The notes under the pieces were generated by a model. The model did no database searches and was not told where the DNA came from. It saw only the letters and a list, made by a program, of their open reading frames with translations. The position numbers and the translations under genes are program-made. A DNA stretch of 64,000 nucleotides from Rhizaria sp. SCN 62-66 (lineage: Eukaryota): the NCBI GenBank assembly GCA_001724265.1, contig MEDY01000026.1, positions 1 through 64,000 on the forward strand, in the 5' to 3' direction. This document shows positions 12,401-25,600 of the stretch, piece after piece; the stretch's first letter is position 1, and each line of letters begins with the position of its first letter.

Positions 12401-14448
12401 CGCGGCGGAGGCGGCAACGGCAGCGCTGTTGGACTTGTTGGCGAGCAGGAGTCGCTGCATGTGCGGCGGGACGGTGTTCGCGCCCGCAGCCGCGGCTTTA
12501 TCGCCGTCATCGTCGTCATCGTTGTTGCTGCGGGTTTCGCCGTTGCCGCCGCCGACGGCAAGACTGGCCAGCGAGGGCGGGGGTGTCGTCGGCTTGACCT
12601 TCTCCACGGCCACGGCCGAAAGTGCGCTTGGCTCGAGGTGCTTCGGCTGGAACCGCGCGTGCATCATCACCTTGACACCCAGCGCAGTCTGCGTGCGCAC
12701 GACGCTGAGGTACGTGCGCATGACCTTCTGCACGAACGCGACCTGGGTCTGGGCCGGGTAGCCGCCCTGGAAGGTGGAGGCCGACAGCGCGGCCGCGGCG
12801 GCGTGCGCGTAGTCGTCGTTGTCAGCGCCCTCATTCTGCGCGTTAGCGGCGTTTTCGTCCGCAGCCGCGCCATAAGCATCGTAGTGCTCCCGATGCTGCT
12901 GCTGCTGCTGCTGTTGCTGAAGTAGCATGTTTTGCTGCTGCCGTTGCTGCTGGGGGTCGAGCTGATCGACACTCGCGTCAGCCACAGAGATGGGCGCGGG
13001 TGCAGGAAACGACTGGGACACCGCACTGCTGCTGCTGTTGTTGTTGGCGCTATTGCTATTAGCGTTGCTGCCGCCACCGTAGAACGCGAGCGGCGGCGGG
13101 ATCGTCGTCGCGGACGCGAGCGAGAGGTCGCGGACCAGGCTCTGCGCCTCGAGCCGGCGCGCGTCGGGCATTGTGGGCGTGAACTGGTACCCGCCCAGCT
13201 GCCGCAGCGACTGGCCGCCGCCGCGCACTGCGCTCGTCGGCGCATTCGCGTTGTTAGCGCTGTTGTTGCCGCCGTTGTTGTTGCTGTTGTTGTTGTTGTT
13301 CATGTTGTTAATGTTGACTGCGGCAACGCGGGGCCCCGCCGAGTTTGACGCCGCAGACACAGCGGACACCGCGGGTGGGAACAGATGGCCGGACGAGGCG
13401 GCCGAGAAGGACGGCCTCTGCAGCGGCGAACCAGCCGACTGCGGCCCCGGCGCCTGCCGCGCGCCGAGCTGCGGCGTCATCAGCAGCGGGTCCAGGAAGA
13501 ACACGGGGTCGGTGCCGCCGCGCAGAGGACCGAAAAAAGATACTAACGAGGACTGGTCGTCGATGGCGTCCTCGTAGCCGGCGCGCATGACGCTCGCGCA
13601 CTGGCTCTGGCTCTGGCTCTGGCCCTGCGCGGGCGCGGGCGGGTGGAAGTGGGCGTGACCTTGGGCGGCGCTGGAGTGACCGTGGGCAGCGCCGGAGTGA
13701 CTGTGGGCAGCGGAAAGTCTCGCCCCCTGGTGGCTGGGGCCCTGAGGACTGTAAATCGAGCTCGATGACCGCACGCTTGTGCTGCGGGCCAGCGTCCTCC
13801 CACCGACGCCCGCGCAAGAGGTCAAGCCGTCATCGTAGGGAAGCGCCCCGCTGTTGCTCCTGCTCCTGCCTCCGCCGACCTCACCAGCTCCAGTGCTGCC
13901 ATTGCCGTGGTCAAGCGGCAGCATGTGGCTGAGCGCCGACGCCGCCGCCGGCCCGCGCGCGTTGCGCTGTGCGCACGCCTCGTCGGTGCATAGCTCGAGC
14001 CCCAGCGTGGAGGCAAGCGCAGCCGAGGCCTCGCTGCTTGTCCCGACGCCCATCGCGGCGGCCGCGGCGCTGGCGGCGGCGGCGGCGAGCGCCACCGCCA
14101 TGGGCTGCGCGGCGGCCGACGTCCCGCCCGCGCCGGCCAGTGCGGCCACGGTCCCGGGTGCGGGCGCCGACAGGGTGACCGGGGAGACGGAGGAGGACCG
14201 CAAGCGCGCGACAGAGAGCCCGTCGAGCGAGGTCTGCACGAAAGACGGCAGCGAGGACACGAACGTCTCGCAGTGCTGCAGGCTGCCGTAGCCCGTGCCG
14301 GGCGCGTGGCCCAGCGCGTGGTTATGGTTGTGGCGAGCGGTGATGTTGATCACCGTGCTCTCGTTGCTGTGCCGCGCGGTGTCGTGCGGACTTGAGAACA
14401 GCGTCGATTGCGACTGCGACAGAGACAGCGACAGCGGCGCCGAGATCA

Positions 14449-14482
<34 letters not shown>

Positions 14483-17400
14483 TTGCTGGCTGTGACCGAG
14501 ACCGAGACTGGTGGTGTTGTGGCTATGGCTGCGGCTGTGGAGCAGGTCCGGAGGGGCGTTGATGAAGGGGTCGTTGCTCGTGCCGATGTTTTTGTTGTTC
14601 ACAACCACAGTCGGGTAAGAAGACATCTCCGGGAACTGACCCTGCTGATACTGTAGCTGCTGTAGCTGCTGTTGTTGCTGGAGTTGTTGTTGATGCTGCT
14701 GTTGCTGCTGTTGAATCATGAGCAGCCGCTGCTGTTGCTGCTGCTGTTGTTGCTGCAGCAACACCATCTCGTGCTGCTGGCTCTGTTCATGCTGCCGCTG
14801 TATCAGCAGCAGCTGCTGCTGTTGCGCCTCGGCCACCGCGGCCTCGGGCGGGTACACTGTGGTGCGTTCCCAACCCGGCCCCGCCTTGGACACCGGCAGC
14901 GTGCGCGCCAAACTGCTGCCACCATCAACGCCAAGCTGGTGCTGCTGAGACTGAGGCTGAGGCTAAGGCTGAGCTTGCTGTTGCTGCTGAAGATGCGACT
15001 GCTGCATTTGATAGTTGTGCTGCATGTGCTGCTGTTGCGCGCACGCCATCGAGACGTCCTCAGACAGCGCTAGGTGCGGCGCAGACCGGCGCTCGATCAC
15101 CAGCTCCATGCGCATCGAGTTGCTGACCTCCTTGGGCGTCAGGTACACGGGCGTCGGCGCTGGCAGCGCAACGGGCGGAGTTAGGAACGCGCACGTGATC
15201 TCAACAAGCCCCGAGATGAGGCGTTGCATGCGCATCAGCATCGCCGGCGACGGCGCCGCGCCGGGCGGCAGCAGACTGGAGAAGAGGTCGTTCACGTCAA
15301 CGGCCGTCGGCGGAGCTGACTCGGCCGCCACAACGCCGTCGGGGCCCGCGAGGTCGAGCACGTTGTTGGCGTCCGCATCGTCCGCGGAGGCAGTGGCGGC
15401 GGCTGTGGCGTCCATGGCGATGTCGGAGGCCGTGCGGTGCATTGGACCGGAGGTACGCTCGGCGGCGTCCGCTGCTGACAGAGCGGCGGGAGCGCGGGAG
15501 TCGCCGTCGTCCATCGCGATCAGGGCAGTGCCGGCGCCGTTAGCGGCCGCGGAGAGCCCTGCTGAGGCGATAGCGGCGACGTCGGCGGCGCTGAGGCCGT
15601 TTTCATCGCGCGTGACCGCGTTTGAGGCAGAACCGCCGCCGTTGCGCACAGTCGCGTTAGTGATACTCTGATACCCGTGACTCGCGCTTGCGGTGCCGGC
15701 GCAGGTGAGAGGCACAAGGCGGTTGTCGCTGCTTGCGGTTCCGCGTCCCGCGGTATCTTTGCTGCCCAGGAGCGTGATCATCGCACGCTGCGCCGCGCCG
15801 CCGCCGTTGTTGACCGCAGAGCCCGCAGTCACGGCGCCGCTAGCCCCAGAGCCCGCGCCGGCACTGCGACTGCGGCTGTGGCCGGTTGGCGGGAGGCTGC
15901 CCGTGTCGATGACGATGCCGGGCACGGTCGCCGCCGCGGCCTTGGTGACCGCGGCGACGACCATGAGAGCATACGTGCGTGCGTAGGCCTCGGCCTCGGC
16001 CGCCGAGATGAGCGGCTCCGGCGGCTCTGCGGCGGCCGCGGCGGCGGCGTCCACTGCGGCGACCGCGGCCGCCGTCAGCGCCGCCGGAGAGCTCGGGTCA
16101 GCCGCTCCGGCCGCGGACGGCGACGGGGCCAGCGCGGAGGCCGCGATCGCCGCAGTGAACGCGCTGCTGCTGCTGCTGCTGTTTCTGCTGCTATTGCTGC
16201 CGCCTGAGGAGCCGGCGTCGGCGTCGTCAGGGGAGGCGTTGGCGGCGGCTGCTGCTGCTGCTGCTGCGGCGGCGGCGACAGTGCTCTTCTGGTAGCGCAC
16301 CGTCTCGTACAACACCTTGACCGCCTTGGTGCCGACCGCTGTGCCCACTGCGGTGCCAGCGGCGGCGCCAGCGGCGGCTGCGGCGACAGTGCAGGGGTTC
16401 AGCACCACGGCGCCGCCGCTGGACTGGGGCCGACTGCCGCTGGAGGGCTCCGCCTTGACGCGCGCACCGAAGCCAGCTGACGCTGAGCCTGACGCTGAGC
16501 CAGAGCCAGAGGCGGAGGCGGAGCTAGAGCCGTGTGCGGCGATGGGGGTGATGTCGGCGCTGGCGACCGTGGGCAGCGGGAGCTGCGTCAGCGCGTCACC
16601 GACACTGCTGTCGCCGCCGGAGCTCGGGCCAGAGCCCGTGCCAGAGCCAGAGCCAGTGCCAGCGCCAGAGTGACCATGAGCAAGACGACTGCGCTTTGCT
16701 TCGCGAGTCAGCACATCGGCCTCAGCGGCATCGGCCTCACCGTGACCCTCACGGTCACCGTTGCCGTTGCCGTTGGCACTGTGACCGAGAGACGAAGCGC
16801 TGGGACTCGCGGTGGAGACTGGTGACGTAATGAACGCAGCAACGGCGGCCGCGGCCGCTGACAGGGGGTTCTTGCTGTTGCCGCTGCCACTGCCACCGCC
16901 GCTGCTGTTGCTGTTGCTGGCAGCAGTCTTGCTAGCGGCGCTGACGCCAGTCGCGAGCGAGAGTGCGGCCACGCGCGGCGACGACACAGGTTCAGTTTTA
17001 ACGTGCACGCCACCAGCGCCCGCGCTGTCGTCGTCGCCCAGCGCAGTCGCATCGGCGTTCGTCTCCGCGTCGTCTGAGGCGTTGGCGCCAATGCTGGTGT
17101 TGCTCTGCGCAAGCTTCTCCTGCATTCGCAGTAAAACCTGCCTGATGACGGCAAGCGAGCGCGACTGCTCGGCCTGGTCGGAGCTCCGCAGCAGCGCCAG
17201 CAGCTCGCGCACTTGTGCGGCGGAAGGCATACCGGCGCGGGCGCATTCCTGCTCACATTTCTCGCGGTCACGCTCATCGACATTTTCACTTGCACTCGCG
17301 CTGGCGCTGGCGCTTGTGTTGTCGGCCTCAGTCTTGGAAGCAGTCTCAGTCGCACCCGCGCTCGCGCCACTGGAGCCGCTGCCACAGCTTTCATTGCCGC

Positions 17401-19147
17401 GGTCTGCGGAGATCGCGTTGGCCAGCGCGGCCACGGGCGCCCCGGGGCCCGCGCCGGCCGACGCCAGCGCCAGCGCGACGAGGAGCTCCGACATCGTGGT
17501 CGCGTTAACCAGCGCCTGCACCGCCGCCGTCGTCGCCGACAAGGGCGCGAGCAGCGTCAACGCACCGCCACCGTTTGCACCCACACTGTCGATGGTACTT
17601 GAGTCAGCGCCCGCGGAGTCCTCAGCCTTGACGTTGGCGTTGGAGTTAGCGTCAACAGAACCGGCGCTCTCGCTGGGGCCGAACAGCAGCGACGCCGCAG
17701 CGGCCGCAACCGCGGTCTCGGCGGCGTAGCGCATGGTGCTCTCGCCGCCTTCGCGCTGCATCACGCGCGCCACGATCTCGAGCTGCTCGCGCCGGGTCAG
17801 CTGCTGCAGGTGCCTCATAGCCGCCGCATTTGCCTCGGCGTCGGCGTCGGCGTCGGCGTCCGTATCGGCCTCGTCCGCGGCCGCGTCAGCGCCGTCAGCG
17901 GCGGTGTCGGCGCCGTCGGCGGAGTCCTGCTGGTTCGACTTAAGGCCGGCAATGAACGCGTATAGCCGCGAGTAAACGTCGTCGTTGCCGTCGATTCCGT
18001 CAGTGATGTCGGCGCCGTCGCTCATTTCGACCGCGTGGCCCGCGCTATCGCCGGCGGAAAGCGGCGGCTCGTCGCTTGCGATGTTGTTTAGGGCACTGTC
18101 GCGTTCGCTGCGGCCGGCCTCTGTGTCGGACGCGACCTCCCGCGCGTGCGCCTCGATCGACGCCGACGCCGACAGCAGCGCGGTGACCATCGCAGCGCAC
18201 GACATGTTGACGGCGTCGGCCGACGCGACGTCGCTCGTAGCGACGGCGCCACCGACAGACACGCCCGGGCTGTTTCTATCGCTGATACTGCTGCTGCTGC
18301 TGCTGGAGTTTCCGCTGTTTGCCGGCGAGCTAGCCGAGTACGACGCGGAGGTGCCGCCACCGTCGCGGTCACTAATGCGGTCGCGCTCGCTGCTGCGGGC
18401 ACTGGACTGCCGAGAGTTCGCGCGCGAGAGATCGGACGCGGACGCCGAATCGCTGGCGGTTCTGCTGCCAGAGGACGGAGTCCCAGCCACACTGCGCCCA
18501 CCAACTGAGCCGGCACCGTTGGAGCCAGACGTTGACTCGGAGGCCGAGACAGAGGTTGAGCTCAGGCGCGAACAACTGCCGCTGCCATTGCTGCAACTGG
18601 CGCTGACGCTGACGGCGCGCGAGTTAAGCGCCGTCGCCGTCGCAGCGGTCGCAGTGTTGGCGGCGAACGTGGTGGCGCCTGAGTTCGGCCCCGACCCCGG
18701 CCGCGAGACCGTCCCAGTGCTCGCAAGAGCGCCGACGCCAGTGCTCGTGCCGAGAGCGGGGCCCGTGACGGCGCTGCTGCTCCTGATGGCGCCGAGCGTG
18801 ATGGCGGGGCCGGAACGCGTGACCCCCGTGGCGGTGCGCGCGACGGCTGACGCCGCGGCGTGCACCGACGCCGACACCGCGGGCCCCAGCGCGGACATGA
18901 ACGCCGTGACGTAGGCGCCGGGCGCGCCGCCCTCGGTCATGCCGGCGTTCAGACCGGCGGTCACGGCGTTGTTGACGCCGCTACTCGCGGAGCCCGAGCG
19001 GGAACCCGGGCCGGAGCCGGTGCCGGAACCCGCGAGGGAACCCGTGACGGAACCGGTGAGTGCGAGAGAGCCGGCGCTATTGGGGGTGGTGACAGAGCTC
19101 GACCGCGCGCTATTGAGCCCACTGTTGGGGCCACTGCTGCTGTGGCG

Positions 19148-19195
<48 letters not shown>

Positions 19196-22100
19196 GACGA
19201 GTTGGAGATACACGAGTTGGTGGGATTGGTACTGAGCTGTGCGCACGGCGGGGGTCGGCGGCTTCATAAAGCCTCCAGAGCCGATTGCCCCAGCGCCAGA
19301 GCACGAGCCAGATGACCCCGGTGAGGAGGCGGCCCCAGCCCCCTGCGCCGCGTCGCCGACGATGATGCTCGCGGCCGTGGCGGCCGACATCGCCGCCACG
19401 GCCTCGCTGGCGGGCGCGAGCTTGCGCTGCTGCTGCTGGGACAGCTGGAACGCGCGGGATAACAAGTCAGCGCGAGCAGATCTGCTGCCGCCGCCGCCTT
19501 GCTGCTGCTGCTGCTGCTGTTGCTGCTGCTGGTGCGCGTGCGCCGCCGCGGCGGCTGCGGCGGCAGCGGCGGCGGCGGCGGCGGTGACGGCGATTGTGCT
19601 CGTGCCGAGACCCTCGCTCTTGACGCTGGAAACAACGCTAGCGCCGCCGCTGTTGCCTGCACTTGAGTAGCCACTGCCGCTGCCGTTGCTACTCGTGCTG
19701 TGGAGCAGGGTCGTCGTGGAGCTGGTCGACCCGGGGGCCGAGCGCGGGGGCGGCGACTGTGACCTCCCGCCGAGTGACTGCGAGCTCGCGCTGAGTGACT
19801 GTGAGCTCGACAGGGACAGGCGCGACTGGTGACCGTGGGCAGCTGCCGAGTGACCGTGAGCAGCGGAGTAAAGCGGCTGTTTCGCGTTGCCCGTGTACGG
19901 AGAGAGGCCGACCACACTCGGCGACTTCCCCTGCTGCTGCTGCTGTTGCTGCTGCTGGAGAGAGCCCGCGAGCGGCGAAGAAGGTGATGGCGATTGCGCG
20001 CGCCCCATCAGACACCCGCCGCGCTGCAATGCATTCACACCACCGCCACCGCCGCAGCTGCTGAGGCCGGGGCCAGCGCCGGCGCCGGCGGCAGAGGTTG
20101 GGTGGTGGCCGGCGGAGACTGCGGCGGCGACGATACTGGCCGAGGTTGAGGCCGCGGTTAGCGTGCGGAGCACCTGGGTCAGCGGTTCGCGAAAAATCGA
20201 TAAAGAGAAACAACAGCAGAAAAGATGAGAGAATATTGAATTGATGCGATTATAAGAGCGATACAGGTAAGAGTTGAGCGTCAAAGCAAGATACAGTTTA
20301 GAATAGGCATCCATATGAAAAACTGTGCGCTTTGTTGCGTTATAGCGATGCAAAAGTGCGTACCTGTGCTTGGAAAGGAGTCTGTGCCCCCAGCCCCGCG
20401 ACACCGGAACTGGGTCCGAGTCCGAGGCTGCTGTTATTGCTGATGTTGCTGATACTGTTGATGCTGTGCGCGTTGGCTGCGTGCAGCAGCGGCGTCGACA
20501 GCGCCTGCGACTGAGACTGAGGGAGCGACGACGGGTGCTGGTAGTAGGCCGACGCCGACAGCGACGACGGCAGCTGCGCCTGCACCTGCGCCTGCAGAGT
20601 GGTGGCGCCACCGATCGCGCTGACGGCCGCGTTGCCGCTGCTGCTCCCTGCGGACGCGGGGGCAAACGAGGGCGATAGCGCGCTCGCACCAGAACCAGCA
20701 GCAGCAGCGGCGGCGACGGCGGCGGCGGCGGCGGCGTTAGAGCCGACCGTGGTGTTGCTGTACTGGCCGACCGCGTTGCCGTACTGGCCCGATACGATGT
20801 TGGCGATGGTGTTGTACTGCGAGTACTGCTGCAGCCGCGGTAGCGAGGCCGGGGTGGCCGGCAGCGAGGACCGCGAGTTGGGCGCCGACGCCTCCTGCGG
20901 TACCCCTTGCGGACCCCCATGCGTTCCGCTATGTGTTCCCCCATGTGTTCCGGCGTGCTGGTTCTGGGTGTAGTGGTTCTGCAGGGCGAGCGCCATCGTC
21001 GTGTTGTGAAGCGTTTTGTGGCGGTGCATCGCAGACATGAGCGAGGACACGTGCTCGTCGACGCTGGCGGTCACGGACGACGATGATGACATTTCGCTAA
21101 TTCCAGAGCCGGCGCTGGGGCCGAGAGCGCCGGCCGCAACGGAGCCGTTCCCACTCGCCCCGGCCAGACCGGCCATTGGGGTGACGCCAGGTGCTGCCGC
21201 GGCTGAGGGGGAGTTGCCCCGCGGCAGCAGCTGACTGTGGGCAGCAGAGTGACCGTGAGCATGATTGTGAGCATGACTGTGGGCGAGGGCGTGACTATGC
21301 GCAGCGGCCGCGATGGCTGTGGCGCGGTGGCGGCCGCCGGCGGCTGTACCGAGAGCGTAGTTGTTGCCGGCCGCGGCGTTGGCGGTGGCGATCACGGCCG
21401 CTGCTACACTGTTCACGCCCGGGAAGTTTGAACCAGAGCCAGAGCCAGAGCCGGCGACTGTATTAGCCGCGCCGGCACCGGGGCCTGAGATGAGGACAAC
21501 ACTGGGGGCAGGCGCGGCGGCGCCAGGGCCGCCAGCGGACTTGAGCGATGCGTGGCCGTTACCGTTGATATTGCCATTGAGACCCGGGCCTGAGCCTGGG
21601 CCCGAGGAGACCGGGGTGCGCACAGCGACGCCGCGCACGGCCGTGGTCATCACCGTGTTGTTGACGGTGGCCCCGGCGGCCGAAGCACGGGCGGCGGCGG
21701 CGGAGGGCGCGCGCGCGGCGACTGCGGCGGCCGCGGCGGCCGTGGCGTTGACCGTATTGTGGTAAAGTAGGAGAGCAGCGTTGGCGTTGGCCTGCGACAG
21801 CGACTGCTGCGAGCCCGGAAGGTGGCCGCCGTAGCCTGCCGCGCCGGAGTGCGCGAGTTGGTGCGCTGGGACACGCCACAGGAAGCGAGCGGCGAGTGGG
21901 CGAGAGAGCCGGAGAGGGAGAGAAATAGAGACAAGCACGTGAGGAGGGGGGCGTAAGGCGTGGCAGAGCTCGGTGATATATGATCAAGTCGGTTCAAGCC
22001 TTGCGAGAAAACATAAGAAGAGCACGGAAAAATATAAAACAAGAACTACGCTAGGCACAGATGTGGCCGCTAAACGGTGAGTGTACGAACCTGCGGCGAG

Positions 22101-22391
22101 CCCGTTAGAGTTGGGCGAAGAGGCGTCGTACGCGTAGGCCTGGCCAGTGTAGGAAAGTTGCGGGAGCGCTCCGTGAGCTCCACCTTCTGCTTCCAGCGCC
22201 TTTTGCTGCAGCAACGCCTGGTGGCGAGCTTCCGACGCCGGGCCGCGCTTGCGGCCGCGTGGACGCGGGTTATAGTCGATGCATTCGTCCTGTTTACCGG
22301 CTTGAATGCAACGCAAACACGGACGATTGGTGTCGCATTTAAGCTTAGCGTTGCGGCAGTTCGTGCACGCCTTGGACACGGGACGGTCCAT
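9479..22391 (-). CDS. Zn(II)2Cys6 binuclear-cluster transcription factor with C-terminal PAS domain (~4,122 aa; 4 exons; one in-frame TAG)
   Basis: Exons 22391-22091, 21865-20364, 20173-10604 and 10474-9479 sum to 12,369 nt, in frame. N-terminus ACTNCRNAKLKCDTNRPCLRCIQAGKQDEC is a Gal4-type six-Cys cluster. C-terminus GCIVVVLRPAGCPFYANHKLAEMLGYSFEEL..WGRVYPPE..SLRTALVNAQGERMNLLETQNLVF..LPVLIVSYF is PAS-like. Exon 3 crosses TAG 14965-14963. Ends TAA. Confidence 0.85.
19147..19194 (-). repeat. CAG/CAA polyglutamine tract (one of many in the transcription-factor gene)
   Basis: Sixteen consecutive Gln codons in the translation LQLVQQQQQQQQQQQQQQQQRH. Confidence 0.85.
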
Positions 22392-22669
22392 AAACACAAA
22401 GATTAACGAGTTAAATTCCGGCCTGCAACGTAAATATACCGAGTATGCTCCGGTAGACAGAGATATCGACATGAAAACAACCTCGCCACGAACCCCAAAC
22501 CCCGTTCGTGGTCGATCGGAGCCAGTCGCTTAACAGCGGTTCGCAAAAAATCAGAGCGACCATCATCGCTAAGACTTGTCACACTGTGCTGTGACTTATA
22601 ACTTCCGTCAATAGCGACCTCGTCTCATATTCAAAATTACATTGCATTTGTCTTCTATATACTCTTCAG

Positions 22670-25600
22670 ATGCTTCGACTGCCGCATGCTGTGCGGCGCA
22701 TGTCGTCGATTCATCTCGCCACTCCGGCCCGACTCCTCACAAACAGCAGTACCACAAGCAAGGCGCCCACCTCCAGCCCAGTTGCTGCAACTGGAGCTAC
22801 CCCAGCGTCCGTTGCACCATCCTTCACGTTTCCATGCCGGCTGAACTCAATCTCCGACCTCGGCGTGCTCGGCCTGCGCCACATGCTCTCGCTCACCGCC
22901 ACGGCCTCCGCCCTGCCACTGCTGCCAACTGCAGCCGACGCCGCCGCTGCGAGCGCTCTCGCGCGCTCGCTGTCCCTGCCGCTGCACCTCGCGCCCGCCA
23001 CGCGCGCCGCCGCGCCGCTGCGCCCGCTCGCGCCGCTGTCTGGCGTCACCGCGCTGCTGCTGCTCCCGCCCCGGAGCTCGTTGCCGCTGGCCCGCGCCTC
23101 GCTGCCAGTCAAGGCCTTGGAGAGGGCGGGAGCGGCTGTGGCGCTCTGCTCGGTGCCCGCGCTTGCGGCCGCGGCGGGCGCCAGGGAGGCCGAGACCGTG
23201 GCGCTGCTGCAGACGCTGCGCAACACCGTTACGTACAACACCTCATCAACCTCAACCGCTGCTGCTGCTGCGAGTGCGACTGCAACTGCGGCTGCGGCCG
23301 CGGCTATCCCGGCTTCGTTTATCACTCGCGTCGGGGACGGGGACGCCGCTGCTGCCGTGGAGCTGAGCGAGCGTGTGTTTCCTCTGTCCCCTGCCGCTGC
23401 CACTGCTCCGGGCAGCGCCTTCGGTCCCCCGCTGCCCCCCCAGCCACACCCTCAGTCAACTACACAGTCTCAGTCCCACTCCGCTTCCAGTGCGGCTGCT
23501 GAGTCGAGCTCGAGTCCGGACTCTAGCGACGAGTACGTGTGCGTTCCGCGCCCCCAGTTTCCTGCGCAGTGGCTCCGTCACAGCGACGCCAACACAGCCC
23601 TCGCAGACGCCGGTCTAAGTACCCAAGGCTCCGATCTACGTACTCCCGAAGACTGGCTCGCGGCGTTCGCGGCCGCTTCGGCCGCCGCGTCCCCCCGAGT
23701 GACTCAGCTGGCCCTCGCAGCGTACTACGTTTGCGCGTGGCTTCCGCAGTCGCCGGCAAACAGCGGGAACACCAGCAGCAGCTCTCGCAGCCAACTCGAC
23801 GCACTCGAAAGCGCAGTTGCCACAGTGACCGCTGCGAATAACGAGTTGAGCGTGTCGGACGCGCTGGCGGCCGCCTCTGCCGCATTGCTTGCCGGCCTGC
23901 CCTCGGCCGCCGCGGGCGCGACGAACGACCCAATCGCGGGCACCGCCGCCAACGCCGTCGCCGCGACCCTCGGCCCGTCCGCCGCGTCCGCGGTCCGCCT
24001 GCGCACGCTCATGCTGCCCGGCAAGGCCACGCTGACGCCGCCCAAGTTCCTCGCCTCGGGCGACGGTGCCGCGCTCTCGGCGGGCGCGATTCGGGAGCTG
24101 ACAGTCGGCAGCACGGGCTCGGAGGCCGGTGCGCTCGCGCTGCTTCAGCTGCGGCGCCCCGCCGTGACTGTAACCGTCGAGGGGCCCGTCTCAGCCGCCG
24201 CGGTCGCCTCAGGAGCCCCTGCGCCCGCGGCGGGCTCGGCGGCCGCGCACGCGCTCGCGGCCGGCGTCGTTGGCGGCTGCGAATGGGTGACCGCGGTCGC
24301 GGCCGTCACGGACGCACTGGCGGGTGTGGCCGCGCCGCCGCCCGCGACGCTTGAGTCCGCCGCGGGCGCGCAGGCTCAGGGGGCTTCCAAGGGGGGCAAC
24401 TTGCTGAGCAACATCTCTGGCATCACGTATACTCCTGCCCCTTCTGACGTGGCGAACAGTGGCGATGACGCCAAGAACGCTCGCGCGAGCGATGCGGCGG
24501 CCGATCTATCCAGCGCGAGCAATACCAAGACCCTCTCGCCGCACGACGTCTACGTGCTCACGCAGGCGATCGTGCGTGCGCTGCCTTCGTTCCGGTCGGC
24601 TGCGCTTGCGCCGGCGCTGCTGCGCGCGCGCGCCGCGGTGACCGCGGCGCAGGCCGAGGCTATGTCGCAGCCCAAGGCCAGCAGGGCTAAGAAGACTGTG
24701 GTCGCCGCTGCATTGAAGACTAAGAAGCTCGGCCCGGGTTCTTTGGCGGACCTTGCTGTTGGCCATGCCGGCGCCAGCGCCGGTGCTGATGTCATGCGCT
24801 TGAAGCGGCCGCTTTGGCAGTGGTACGTTGCCGCCAACGGCGCGCCTGTCTCTCCGCCGGGTCTGTTCACGCACGTGAACAGCTCAGAGAGTGACTGCGG
24901 CGGGCAAAGCGCAGTGTACGCGCACCCATCCACAGCTACAAGCCCGCTTCTCTCCGCAGTCACGCACTACAGCTCTGAGAGCGCTGCTAACGGCACGTCT
25001 GCGGGTGCTGCGACGGTGGGTGACACGAGCGACAACACCGTCGGCGTCGCCGCGTTCCCCTTGGCTTCGCCTTTTTCGTCGCCCGTTGCTGTCCTCGGCC
25101 TGCTCTCAGCATGCGAGCGCGTCTCCGAGTCCCAGGAGCAACAACAACATCAGAAACAGCAGCAGCAACAACAACAAGCTCAGCAGGGCAAGAAGGCTTC
25201 TGCGCCCGAGCCCTCCCAGCCCCGCAGTATGATGCTCTCTCTGGCGTCCAAGATCGGCGTCGTCGCCGCGCGCCCCTCGGCGCTGCTGCTCGACCTGATC
25301 CGCGCGGCGCGCATGCTCGGCTGCAACCTCTCCTACGCGCTGCCGCGCCGCGGTGGGGCCTGGGGCGCGCGCATCGACGCCGCTGTCGCCTCCACGCCCG
25401 CGCTCGCGGATTATAAGCACGCTGACAAACAGACCACCACCGCTGCAGCGTCATCGCAGTCACAGTCCCCGCTGCTGCGGCAGCCGACTGTGATTCAGTC
25501 CCCGGAAGACATGCAACGCGCCGCTGACGCGCTGCAAAAGACGCGCGAGAACGATGAGCGCGCCGCCGCCGCCGCCGCTGCTGCCGCCAACGCGCGCGCT

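Noticed and set aside
20174-20944. N-terminal ~257 aa of track ORF 14963..20944 as real protein
   Set aside because: It is an alternate frame of exon 2 plus read-through of the AT-rich intron 20363-20174. The spliced model explains it.
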